A stretch of DNA of 63,124 nt, the filler included, from Reclinomonas americana ATCC 50394 (taxonomy: Eukaryota): NCBI GenBank assembly GCA_048213135.1. It is 22 parts of 22 records of this genome, joined end to end, with 100 filler letters (N's around TTAATTAATTAA, not from the genome) between each part and the next. Parts side by side here need not be neighbours in the genome. Positions count along the whole stretch, not along the records: positions 9,848 to 14,389 come from AFZH01022595.1; positions 14,490 to 17,142 come from AFZH01022596.1; positions 17,243 to 18,846 come from AFZH01022597.1; positions 18,947 to 22,581 come from AFZH01022598.1; positions 22,682 to 24,414 come from AFZH01022599.1; 17 more parts are not named here. One strand, written 5' to 3'. Within the stretch, counting starts at the first letter, position 1. The number at the start of each line of letters is the position of its first letter. The position numbers were made by a program, and so were the translations under genes. The notes below the pieces were generated by a model, which saw only the letters and a list, made by a program, of their open reading frames with translations, had not been told where the DNA came from and did not search any database. Positions 12,280 through 24,414 of the stretch are shown here, one piece after another.

Positions 12280-14259
12280 GTGTGATTGCTCGCTCCGAAT
12301 TGTCACCGTTTCTCCCGCCTTTCTTCCCCCGCCTTGCTCGGAGGCGTCGTCCATCCCTCGCCAGGCTGCAGCCAGCACCCCACACAGTGTGTGAACGATG
12401 TGGCTTCGTTGATGCGTGTGGGCTTTTGAAGACCGACATGGGACTAGTCGATGAGAAATCGGCAGAATGGACATGCATGCGCAAGGTGGTGGCACAAGGT
12501 GACGCTCCATTGCATCGAGACCGGCCAGCATTCTCTGCCAACGAGGATTGGAATGTTGGGATGCTTGGAAATGCAGCTGTGGTCCAGCTGTGCTGATGCC
12601 ACATCCGTGAATCAATTGAGCAGCGGGTCAGCGACACCTCACACCTCGGATCGGCCCACAGCGAGGTTGATGAGGTACATACGACGAGCCTCAAGGAACA
12701 AGAGAGGAGCGACCAACATAGCAGCACAGCGATGGAAGAGGCAGCTGCGTCGTGAGACTCGTCTCCCATCACCCAAATCACAATCAATGCCTCATGCCTT
12801 CAATCACACTCACAGTCAGTCGGTGATTCGTCTCTTGCATGTACTGTGAGGCACATAACCACGTGTCTTCGCATGCCAGTCACTTGCCAGCACGCCTGTG
12901 TTCATGGCACACACCGAACTGAGTCAGTCGATCTCCGAGTCTCATCAACTTGCTCCTCAACACGAGTGTAGAACACGCACGCACCACGAGTCGCTGGCCT
13001 TGCGCGTGTCAATCTTCCATGGCCATCATCTTTGTCACTCGGCAGTGTGAGCAGCAACCAACGTGCGCACATCATCGATCTGATCCGATCGCGACTTGCC
13101 AGCCGGGATTGAAAACGATCCACCGACCAGGCCATCCGTCGCACATCACGGTACGCATGTGTACACCCACCCAGCCACGCTCTCCATGGCATGCACGGCC
13201 TGCATAATTGAGGTGAGTGGGAGGGAAGGAGGAAAAGAGAGATCACGAAGAACAAGGCCACACACCTGCTGAGTGCGCGGTGGGATGCGAATGGGGAGCC
13301 GAGTGAGTGAGGTGACAGCCGGCAGCGGGCGATGCACAGCACGCCTGCAATCATCACGGAACAACAACGACGAGGAACACGTGCTTCCATGGCCTCTGCA
13401 TGTCGGTGCGCAGTGAGCAAAGGAATGGAGGAAGAGGAGAGAAATCTGCTCTGTCTCAACGACGAACACACCGATCAGCACCTGATACCAACTCAAGAGG
13501 CAAGCCAAAGGTTGCTTCTGTACACACACATCCATCCTGCAAAGGAGAGGGAGAGAGCAGAATCAGCATGCAGTCAGGCCATCTCACACACTTCGGCATC
13601 GGGAACCTCACCATGATAGACTGGCAGGACGGCAGTCGGTGCATCTTGAGCAGACCAGAATGCTCGGCCTTGAGCGAGTGCGGAAAAGAGGGGTGGATGG
13701 CCGGGGAAGCAGATAAGCGCACAAAGGAGGGAGACGGCGGAGAAAGAGAGAGGTTTGGCACGGGACAGAGAAAGGGGGAACGGAATGACATGCATTCTTC
13801 AGAACTGGAATGATAATGTCCGCGACGCACAGGCACAATGGGAAGCAGAGCAGTGATGCCAAAGTGGTGCGCAAAAGAAGACGCGAGGAAATAGACAACG
13901 GCGACTCGCTCTCCTGAGGCACACACATGCACGAATAAGATGCACGCACAACAGACTTCACAACAAGACAAAAAAAGCAACAGACTCCCAAGTGCTTCAT
14001 CTCGCTCGCACACACAAACTTGAGGTGAGAAAGAGACACGCATGCAGAGGGAAACGTGCTTCACGACCTCTCACTCACATTCATAAGACAAGGCAACAAA
14101 CACGAAGAGCAATTCTGCACCGTCAACAACGAGTTCTCTTTCTGTCGTCCTCTCTTCCCCCACCTGCATTCCGCATGATCACCCGCACTCCCTCGCACGA
14201 CACGAAAACAACACACAATCACCAGCAGCCACCGCTCTCCCTCCCTTCGACTCACCGAC
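12280..14259. repeat. Spacer S1 copy 4
   Basis: Colinear with the other S1 copies. Confidence 0.9.
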
Positions 14260-14855
14260 TCAGCACCGGAAAGAGACGACCTCGGCATCCTCGACGATGA
14301 AGCAGCGCAGAACCAGCTCGGCAAGACACCGTGAATCTACTTCCTCCTCCTGCATCTCCTGCACAGCCTGCATGGCCAAGCGTGCGGCANNNNNNNNNNN
14401 NNNNNNNNNNNNNNNNNNNNNNNNNNNNNNNNNTTAATTAATTAANNNNNNNNNNNNNNNNNNNNNNNNNNNNNNNNNNNNNNNNNNNNTCCAGCGACCA
14501 CACACGTACGGTACAGTCTCCACTCCCACTCACGATGTGCTGACCATTGGGAGTGACGGCGACAGACCACACCGAACCAGTGTGTCCATCCAGTCGTCGC
14601 ACTTCTTCCCCACTTGCCAGAGACCACACACGAACGGAGCTGTCCAAGCACCCACCGACAATGTGCTGGCAATCGGGAGTGACAGCGACTGACCGCACCG
14701 AAGAAGCGAGACTCTGAATGATCTGTGTCGATTACCCGCCGTGAGACGCACATGCACAAACACTCAAACAGCAACCGCACACAAGCACAAGCACACGAAT
14801 GCATGCACAGACACCGACCACGCAAAAGTGCGCACACATTCACCTTTGTTGCCAT
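14260..14855 (-). CDS. WD40 array copy W6 (type A), internal gap
   Basis: Exon 1 14844-14855 MATK. Exon 2 from 14722 IIQSLASSVRSVAVTPDCQH. Tail AARLAMQAVQEMQEEEVDSRCLAELVLRCFIVEDAEVVSFRC*. Confidence 0.8.
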
Positions 14856-17045
14856 TCTCCGCGTGTGTGTGTGTGATTTGCTCGCTCGGGATTGTCACCG
14901 TTTCCCGCCTTTCTTCTCCCGCCTTGCTCTGAGGCGTCTTACATCCCTCGCCACGCTGCAGCCAGTACCCCACGCAGTATGCAGTAGTCTGAGAGCAATG
15001 TGGCTTTGTTGATGCGTGTGGGCTTTCGAAGACTGACATGGGACTTGTCGATGGGAAATCGGCAGAATGGACAAGGGTGGTGGCTCGAGGTGGCGCTCCA
15101 TTGCATCGCGCTGCTGTCCAGCGACACTCTCTTTCTACTGCCCTGCATTATCTCTCAACGAGGACTGGCATGTCGGGCTGCTTGGATACGCAGCTGTGGC
15201 CCTGGTGTGCTGATGCCACGGCACACTCGAGATTCCAATGAGCAGCGGGTCCGCGACACCTCACACCTCCTTGGATCGGTCCACAGCGAGGTTCATGATG
15301 GTACGACGAAGAAGGGGAGTCACAGGGAACAGGAGAGGAGCGCCCAGTACAGTAGCACGTGCACAGCGATGGACGAGGCAGCTGTGTTGTTCGCCTCCTC
15401 TCACCCGGTCACAATCAATGCCTCGCGCCTTCAATCATACTCACAGTCGGTCGGTGCATTGTCTCATACATGCACTGTGTGGCACGGAACCACATGTCTT
15501 CGCATGCCAGTCACTTGCCAGCACGCCTGTCACACATAATTGAGTTAGTCAATCTCCAAGTCTCACCAACTTGCTCCTCAACGCAGATGCAGAACACGTA
15601 CGCACCAGGCCACGCGCGCGTCTGCAGTCTCCCATGGCCATCACCATCATTGCTTGGCGGCGACAGCAGCAACCAAGAAGCGCACATCATCGATCCGCTC
15701 TGACTTGCCAACCGGGATTGAAAACGATCCACCGACCAGGCCACCCATGGCCATCGGGAAACACAACACGTGCACGCATGTGTCCACCCATGAGTAGATT
15801 GCCGAGCACGCGTCTGCAGTCTTCCATGGCTACCAGCATCATCACTCGGCAGAGATGGCGGCAGCCAAGGTGCGCACATCATCGATCCGCGCAGACTTGC
15901 CAGCCGGGATTGAAAACGATCCACCGCAGGCCATCCATCGCACATCACGACACATATGTGTACACCCACCCAGCCACGCTCTCCATGACATGCACGGCCT
16001 GCATGGATGAAGTGAGTGGGAGGGAAGGAAGAGAAGAGAGATCACGCCGAACAAGTCCACACACCTGCATCGTGCATTGGTGGGATGCGAGTGGGGAGCC
16101 GAGTGAGTGAGGCAACAGCCGGCAACGGGCAATGCACAGCACGCCTGTCATCGCCACGACATGCTTTCCATGGTCTCTGCATGCCGGTGTGCTGTGAGCA
16201 AAGAATGGAGGAAGGAGAGAGAAATCTGCTCTGTCTCACTGACAAACACACCGATCAGCACCTGAAACCAACACACGCGTTTGGGCAAGAGACAAGGCGA
16301 GGGATGCTTCTGTACATACATCCATCCTGCAAAGGAGAGGAAGAGAAGAATCAGCATGTAGTCATGCCACCCCACACACTTTGGCGTCGAGATGCTCACC
16401 GTAATGGACGGCGCAACGCGATGGCTGAATCGCAGCCGGCGAATCTTGAGCAGATACTCGGATCGACCTTGTGCGGGAAGGATGGGGTGGATGACTGAGG
16501 AAGCAGATGAGCGCACAAAGGAGAAAGACGGTGGCCACGTGGGGAAAGAGAGAGACTCTGTAAGGGAGAGAGAGAGAGAGTGAGGTGCAAGACATGCATT
16601 CTTCAGAGTCGGAAGGAGAATGTCCACGGCGCACATGCACAATGGGACACAGAGTAGTGTGCAATGCAAGACACAATGAAACAATCATCGTTGACTCGCT
16701 CTCCTGAGGCACACACATGCACAACTAAAGAAGCACGTACAACAATTATCACAAAAGAGACGAAAACGCAAGAGACTCCCAGGTGATTCATCGCACTGGC
16801 ACACACAAATTGAGGTGAGAAAGAGACACGCACACAGAGGGAGACATGCTTCACGCCAGCACACTCACATTCACATGAAAGGGGAACAAGCACGGGAGAA
16901 CAATTCTGCATCAACGACCTCACTCTCCTCCTCTGTCATTATCTCTTCCCCCACCTGCACCCTGCATGATCACCCACACTCCCTCGCAGACACGAAACAA
17001 CTCACGATCACCAGCAGCCACCTTCCCTTCCTCCGACTTACCGAC
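14856..17045. repeat. Spacer S1 copy 5, with an internal ~190-nt-period duplication
   Basis: cgcgtctgcagtct..catggc...ccgggattgaaaacgatccaccg occurs at ~15617-15735 and ~15808-15927. Confidence 0.9.
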
Positions 17046-18107
17046 TCAGCACCGGAAAAAGACGACCTCGGCATCCTCGACGATGAAGCAGCGCAGAACC
17101 AGCTCGGGAAGGCATCGTGAATCTACTTCCTCCTCGGCGGCANNNNNNNNNNNNNNNNNNNNNNNNNNNNNNNNNNNNNNNNNNNNTTAATTAATTAANN
17201 NNNNNNNNNNNNNNNNNNNNNNNNNNNNNNNNNNNNNNNNNNCACCCTAATGGTGCAGTCCCAGCTCCCACTCACGATATGTTGGCCGTCGGGAGTGACG
17301 GTGACAGACCACACCGCAACATAGTGTCCCTCCAACCGTCGCACCTCCTCCCCACTTGCCAGCGACCACACTCTCACCGTGTTGTCCCAACTGCCACTCA
17401 CGACGTGTTGACCATCAGGAGGGACGGCGACAGAGTATACCCGTCCAGTGTGTCCCTCCAGCCGTCGCACTTCCTCCCCGCTCGCCATCAACCACACTCG
17501 CACGGTGCTGTCTCCACCCCCGCTCACTACGTGCCGACCATCAGGGGTGACTGCCACAGACATCACCCTTGCAGCGTGTCCTTCCATCCGTCGCACCTCT
17601 TTTCCACTCGCCAGAGACCACACTCGTATTGTCTTGTCGCTGCTGCCGCTCACAATATGTTGACCATCGAAGGCGACGGCGACAGACAACACCGCATTGG
17701 TGTGTCCCTCAAACCGTCGCACTTCTTCTCCACTTGCCATCGACCAGACACGTAGGGTGTTGTCTCCACTTCCACTCACAATGTGCTGACTATCAGGGGT
17801 GACGGCGACAGAGAACACCCATTCAGTGTGTCCCTCCAGTCGTCGCACTTCTTCGCCACTCGCCAGTGACCACACTTGAACGGCACTGTCCACACACCCA
17901 CCAACAATGTGCTTGCCATCGGGAGTGATGGTGACGGACCTCACTACAGCAGCGCGACTCTGAATGATCTGTGTCGATCATTCGCGGTGAGACGCACACA
18001 CAACATCAACACAAAGAACAACAACCGCACATATGCACGAGCACACGAATGCACGCACAGACACCAACCACGCAAAAGCGCGCATACATTCACACCTTGG
18101 TTGTCAT
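17046..18107 (-). CDS. WD40 array copy W7 (type A), at least 6 repeats, gap before the tail
   Basis: Exon 1 18096-18107 MTTK. Exon 2 from 17968 IIQSRAAVVRSVTITPDG. Tail EEEVDSRCLPELVLRCFIVEDAEVVFFRC* at 17046-17135. Confidence 0.85.
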
Positions 18108-20092
18108 TCTCCGTGTGGTGTGTGTGTGTGTGTGTGTGTGTGATTTGCTCGCTCGGGATTGTCACCGTCTCCCGCCTTTCTTCTCCCGCCTTGCTCTGAG
18201 ACGTCCCGCATCCCTCGCTGCGCTGCAGCCAGCACCCCACACAACATACAGCAGTATGAGAGCAATGTGGCTTTGTTCATGCGTGTGGGAATCCGAAGAC
18301 CGACATGAAACTCGTCGATGCGATATGGGCAGAATGGACAAGCAGGGTGGTGGTGGCACAAGGTGGCGCTCCACCGCACCGTGCTGCTGTCCAGCGACAC
18401 TCTCTTTCGACTGACCTGCATTATCTCTCAACGAGGACTGGCATGCCGGGCTGCTTGGATATGCAGCTGTGGTCCAGCTGTGCTGAAGCCACAGCACAGC
18501 ACACTCGAGAATCCAATGAGCAGCGAGTCTTCGAATCCTCAAGCCTCCTTGGATCGGCCCACAGCGAGGTTGATGATGGTACGACGAAGAAGGTGAGTCA
18601 CAGGGAACAAGAGAGGAACGACCAGTACAGTAGCACGTGCACAGCGATGGACGAGGCAGCTGCGTCGTGAGGCTCGCCTCCCTCTCACCCAAGTCACAAT
18701 CAATGCCTCGCGCCTTCAGTCATACTCACAGTCGGTCGGTGCATTGTCTCATGCATGCACTGTGTGGTACGGAACCACGTGTCTTCGCATGCCAGTGACG
18801 AGTCACTTGCCAGCACGCCTGTGTTCAGATCACACGCAGAATTGAGNNNNNNNNNNNNNNNNNNNNNNNNNNNNNNNNNNNNNNNNNNNNTTAATTAATT
18901 AANNNNNNNNNNNNNNNNNNNNNNNNNNNNNNNNNNNNNNNNNNNNCAAGGCCATCCATCGCACATCACGACACACATGTGAACATCCACCCAGCCACCC
19001 CGCTCTCCATGACCTGCACGACCTGCAGGTATGAAGTGAGTGGAGGGAAGGAAGAGAAGAGAGATCACGCCGAACAAGTCCACACACCTGCTTCGTGCAT
19101 GGTGGGATGCGGGTGGGGAGCCGAGTGAGTGAGGTGACAACCGGCAACAGGCAATCCACAGCACGCCTGCAATCATTACGGAACAACGAGGGGGACCTGC
19201 CCCTAAAAGGTGTCTGCATATCGGTACACTGTGAGCGAAGAATGGAGGAAGGAGAGATATCTGCTCTGTCTCAACGACGAACACACCGATCAGCATCTGA
19301 TACCAACACGCGCATGACAAGAGGCAAGGCGAGGGATGATTCAGCACACACATCCATCCTGCAAAGGAGAGGGAGAGAGAGAGAGAGAGAGAGCGAGCAG
19401 AATCAGTATGCAGGTATGCCACCTCACACACTTCGGTGTCGGGATGCTCACCATGATGGACTGGCAATCGATGGCAGTCGGAACACGGTGAGCAGACCAG
19501 CATGTTCGGCCTCGAGCGTGTGCGGCAAGGAGGGGTTGATGACTGGGGAATCAGATGAGCGCACAAAGGCAGGAAGATGGCGGAGAAAGAGAGAAATTCT
19601 GCAAGGGACATGAAAGAGGGAGAGCGGAACGACATGCATTCTTCAGAGCCGGAAGGAGAATGTCCGCGGCGCACATGCACTATGGGACACAGAGTAGTTG
19701 AGTGCAAAGCAAGACGCGAGGAAACAAACATCGATGACTCGCTTTCCTGAGGCGCATACATGCACGGCTAAAGTTGCACGCACAACAGACATCACAAAGA
19801 GACAGAAAGACAAAACAGACTCCCAAGTGATTCGTCGCACAAGCTGAGGTGACAGACACGCACACAGAGGGAGACATGCTTCACGACCGCAGACTATCAT
19901 TCACATGAAATTTAAAGGGCAACAAACACGGGAGAACAATTCACCACCATCAACAGCGATCTCTCGATCTCTCTCCCCTGTCGTCCTCTCTTTCCCCATC
20001 TGCATCCCGCATGATCACCCACTCTCTCTCGTACGACACGAAAACAACACACAATCACCAGCAGCCACCTTCCCTCCCTTCGACTCACCTTC
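18108..20092. repeat. Spacer S1 copy 6 (contains a gap)
   Basis: Colinear with the other S1 copies. Confidence 0.85.
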
Positions 20093-20996
20093 TCAGCACC
20101 GGAAAAGGACGATCTCGGCATCCTCGACGATGAAGCAGCGCAGAACCAGCTCGGGAAGGCATCGAGAATCTACTTCCTCCTCCTGCATTTCCTGCACAGC
20201 CAGCATGGCCAAGCGCGCGGCGTCGAGCTCGAGACGAGCGAGGCCACGCGGCGTGGACCACACTTGCACGGTCTTGTCGTAGCCACCCGCACTCACAATG
20301 TGCTGACCATCGGGAGAGACGGTCACAGACGACACCCATCCAGTGTGTCCCTCCAACCGTCGTACTTCCTCGCCACTCGCCAGAGACCACACTCGAACTG
20401 TGCTGTCTCCGCACCCGCTAACAATGTGCTCACTACCAGGGGTGACAGCGACTGACCACACCTTTTCGGTGTGTCCCTCCAACCGCCGCACCTCCTCCCC
20501 GCTCGCCAGCGACCACACCCGCACTGTGCAGTCCCAGCTCCCACTCACGATGTGATGACCATCTGGAGTAACAGCGACAGACGTCACAGTGTCGGCGTGT
20601 CCAACCAGCCGTCGTACCTCCTCCCCACTCACCAGCGACCACACACGTACTGCGTTGTCGAAACTGCCGCTCACAACGTGCTTACCATCAGGAGTGACGA
20701 CGACAGACATCACCCTAGGGTGCCCCTCCAGCCGTCGTACCTCCTTGCCACTCGCCAGTGACCACACTCGGACGGTACTGTCCATGCACCCACCAACAAT
20801 GTGCTTGCCGTCGGGAGTGATGGTGACGGATCGAACCACTGCGGGACTACGAATGATCTGTGTCGATCATTCGCGGTGAGACGTACACACACAAACATAC
20901 ACACAAACAGCAATCGCACACATGCACAAGCACACGAATGCACGCACAGACACCAACCACGCAAAAGTGCGCATACATTCACACCTTTGTTGTCAT
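20093..20996 (-). CDS. WD40 array copy W8 (type A), complete, 5 repeats only
   Basis: Exon 1 20985-20996 MTTK. Intron 20858-20984. Exon 2 IIRSPAVVRSVTITPDG...KTVQVWSTPRG...AEIVLFRC*. No gap. Confidence 0.9.
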
Positions 20997-22465
20997 TCTC
21001 CGTGTGTGTGTGTGTGTTTGCTCGCTCGGGATTGTCACCGTTTCCCGCCTTTCTTCTCCCGCCTTGCACTGAGATGTCGTCCATCCCTCGCTGCGCTGCA
21101 GCCAGTACCCCACACAACAGACGGTAGTGTGAGAGCAATGCGGCTTCGTTGATGCGTGCGGGCTTTCGATGACTGACATGGGACTCGTCGATGAGAAATC
21201 GGGAGAATGGACAAGCAGGTTGGTGGCTCGAGGTGGCGCTCCACTGCACCGCGCTGCTGTCCAGCGACACTCTCTTTCGACTGACCTGCATTATCTCTCA
21301 ACGAGGACTGGCATGTCGGGCTGCTTGGATACGCAGCTGTGGCCCTGCACCCGAGAATCCAATGAGCACCGAGTCAACGACACCTCATCTCCTTGGATCG
21401 GCCCACAGCGAGGTTGATGAGGGTACGATGATGGCAAACGGTACAGGAGAGGAGCGACCAGCACAGCAGCTCAGCGGTGGACGAGGCAGCTGCGTCATGG
21501 GACTCACCTCCTCTCACTCAAGTCACAATCAATCCCTCATGCCTTCAATCACACTCACAGTCGGCCGGTACATTGTCTCATGCATGTACTGTGAGGCACG
21601 GAACCACGTGTCTTCGCATGCCAGTCACTTGCCAGCACGCCTGTGTTACGATCACACAAAGAATTGAGTCAGTCAATCTCCAAGTCTCACCACCTTGTTC
21701 CTCAACGCAGATGCAAAACACGTACGCACCAGGCCTTGCGCGTATCTGCAGTCTTCCGTGGCCACCACCATTGTCACTCGACAGAGACGGCGGCAGCCAA
21801 GGCGCGCACATCATCTATCCGTTCCGACCTGCCAGCCGGGATTGAAAACGATCCACCGACCAGGCCATCACGACACGCATGTGTACATCCACCACGCCAT
21901 GCACTCCATGGCCTGCACGACCTGCAGGTATGAAGTGAGTGGAGGGAAGGAGGAGAGAGAGGTCACGAAGAACAGGGCCACACAACTGCTGAGTGCATGG
22001 TGGGATGCGAGTGGGGAGCCGAGTGAGTGAGGTGACGGTCGACAACGGGCGATGCACATCACGCCTGTCATCGCAACGACATGCTTTCCATGGTCTCCGC
22101 ATGCCGGTGTGCTGTGAGCGAAAGAATGGAGGACGGGGAGAGAAATCTGCTCTGTCTCACTGACAAACACACCGATCAGCACCTGATACCAACGCGCGTT
22201 TGTCAAGAGGCAAGCCAAGGGACGCTCACACAACCATCCTGCAAGGGAGAGAGAAGGAGCAGAGTCAGTATGCAGGTATGCCACCTCACACACTTCGGCA
22301 TCGGGAAGCTCACTATGATGGACTGGCAGGATGGAAATCGTAACACGGTGAGCGGACCAGCATGTTCGGCCTCGAGCGTGTGCGGCAAGGAGGGGTGGAC
22401 GACTGGGGAATCAGATAAGCACACAAAGGAGGGAGACGGTGGAGAAAGAGAGAAACTCTGTAAGG

Positions 22466-22499
<34 letters not shown>

Positions 22500-22536
22500 C
22501 GTAGGTAAGGGACAGAGAGAGAGAGAGAGACTCGTA

Positions 22537-22581
<45 letters not shown>
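20997..22581. repeat. Spacer S1 copy 7, ending in a (GA)n expansion at a gap
   Basis: Colinear with S1. (GA)n at 22469-22581. Confidence 0.85.
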
Positions 22582-22681
22582 NNNNNNNNNNNNNNNNNNN
22601 NNNNNNNNNNNNNNNNNNNNNNNNNTTAATTAATTAANNNNNNNNNNNNNNNNNNNNNNNNNNNNNNNNNNNNNNNNNNNN

Positions 22682-23324
22682 TGCCTGCCGAGCCTGTTCC
22701 ACTCAACCCGCCATGAGCATCAACTCACTCCGAGTCACGCATGTGAGTCGGGTGGAGAGGCAACAACACGCGATCCACAAAGAGAGCAACGAGGCATCGC
22801 AGTTCGTGAGTGGGGTGCGCCACGCCAGTTGTCAGGGCACACACACACATCCGGGAAACGAGTGCGCAGGGCAAGTGCACTCCCTCCCTCCTCGTGGCGT
22901 GTGTGGCGAGAAGGGCGGCCTACTGAATCGATGCTTGACGCGCTCTCCATGTTCATGCGGTGCCAAAGTGAGAATGAGGCGGGTAATGATTGCCACTTGC
23001 CGCTGCTTCAACGCCGCGTTCGAATGACAGGGCGACATGAAGGCACAAGCACAAGGCGTGTGTTTGGGTGGGAGAGCGAGGACTCGCTCAATGCCAAGCA
23101 ACACGCGTGTGCCTGTTCATTCCATGGCCTCACCTCAACCACCTCTCGCACACCTCGCACTCGGGATTCTCTTCTTGCAATCCCTCTGCACAGCACTGTG
23201 TTGTATCTGCTTTCCGGCTGCCTGCACTTGGCAAGGCAGTGGAGAAGCACGTGTGAGCCGGTGTGGCAGTCAACATAGCAGAGTCGTGCAGTGACAGCCA
23301 TCAGTCTTCGTACATTCATTGAGC
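22682..23324. repeat. Spacer S2 copy 2
   Basis: Homologous to 10300-10946. Confidence 0.85.
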
Positions 23325-23620
23325 TCACTCCGTCCAACACCATCCAGGCGCACGGCGTTCAATCACCTCTGCATCCTCCAATACAAAACACCGCAGCACG
23401 ACGTCGACGAGGATCCAGTCACGATCATCTTCTTCGACAAGCAGCTCGTTGACAGCCAGCACGGCTGAGCGTGCGGCCGCAACCTCTTGCCCCGCCAGCC
23501 CACGCGGAGAGGACCACACTCGGATCGATTTATCCGCACTCCCACTCACGATGTGCTGGCCATCGGGGAAGACGGCGACAGAGTATACCCATCCAGTTCG
23601 TCCCCCCCAACCGTCCAACA
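23325..23620 (-). pseudogene. WD40 array copy W9 (type B): one repeat plus tail, 5'-truncated
   Basis: GWVYSVAVFPDGQHIVSGSADKSIRVWSSPRG..RCFVLEDAEVIERRAPGWCWTE*. The GH motif is frameshifted (G7 run) and upstream sequence is unrelated. Confidence 0.7.
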
Positions 23621-24029
23621 CTGCGCAACAGGAACAAAGGACTGTGAGAAGAAACAATCTGATGAGAGAGTGGGTTGTGAAGCAAAGAGACAGACATCGA
23701 CGAACGGGATGGAATGCGGAGAATGAGTGAGGAGTAGCGCGCTGCAATTACGTGGGTGCAAAAGGAAGAGAGAGAGGGTAGGCACAAATCGGAATGGGGA
23801 GGAAGAGGAGAGCAAGCGAGGAACGCGGCACAGTGACGGGCAAGCATCACTCAATCGACACGAAGCAGAACAATGCGAGACGAGAAGAAAGAGATAGTGG
23901 GCGCACGGAGGCATGAACAATGCAAGTGCATGACATGAAGGAAGGAGAACAGGGCGGATCTTGAGAAGCGGACGATGAAGACAGGAGGGAGGCATTGAAA
24001 GGGAGGCCACTGAAGAGCGATCAGCTGAC

Positions 24030-24414
24030 ACAGGAGAGAACGAAACGAGGTGAGGAGGAGGAGAAAGGGAGGAGGCGTGAAGGATGCAAGTGAAAAGAGA
24101 TCAAGGAAGGAGAAAGAGACCGAAAAGGGAAGTCCTTGAAGAGCGAAACGAGGTGAAGGAGAAAGAGAGTGGAAGGATGCGTGAAGGATGCAAGTGAAAA
24201 GAGACCAATGAAAAGCAACAAGGGCGGCTCACGGGAAGGGGACAATGGAGAGGAGAGAGGCCAAGAAAGGAAGGCAATAGAAGACACAAGAAAGAGCAAA
24301 ACGAGACGAGACGAGGTGAGGAGAGTGGGAGCTCGAGGAGGCGTGAAGGATGCCAGTGAAATGAGATCAAGGAAGGAGAAAAGGGACCGAAAAGGGAAGT
24401 CCTTGAAGCACAGA
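24030..24414. repeat. Purine-rich degenerate tandem repeat
   Basis: gtgaaggatgc(a/c)agtgaaa at ~24077, 24181 and 24343. gaccgaaa..gggaagtccttgaag occurs twice. Confidence 0.7.

Noticed and set aside
15480..15740. S1 peptide RAWPGAYVF as radial spoke head (RSPH4/6) homology
   Set aside because: Only a short word matches, the flanks do not, and the frames break between copies.
3780..22581. S1 as a transposon inserted repeatedly
   Set aside because: No terminal inverted repeats, target duplications or transposase seen. Constant orientation and position relative to the genes fit tandem segmental duplication.
3195..23620. Diversity-generating retroelement, recombinase shuffling or NLR (NACHT/NB-ARC) linked to the WD40 array
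   Set aside because: No reverse transcriptase, recombinase or P-loop NTPase is visible, and there is no template/variable repeat pair with A-only changes. Gap content is unknown.
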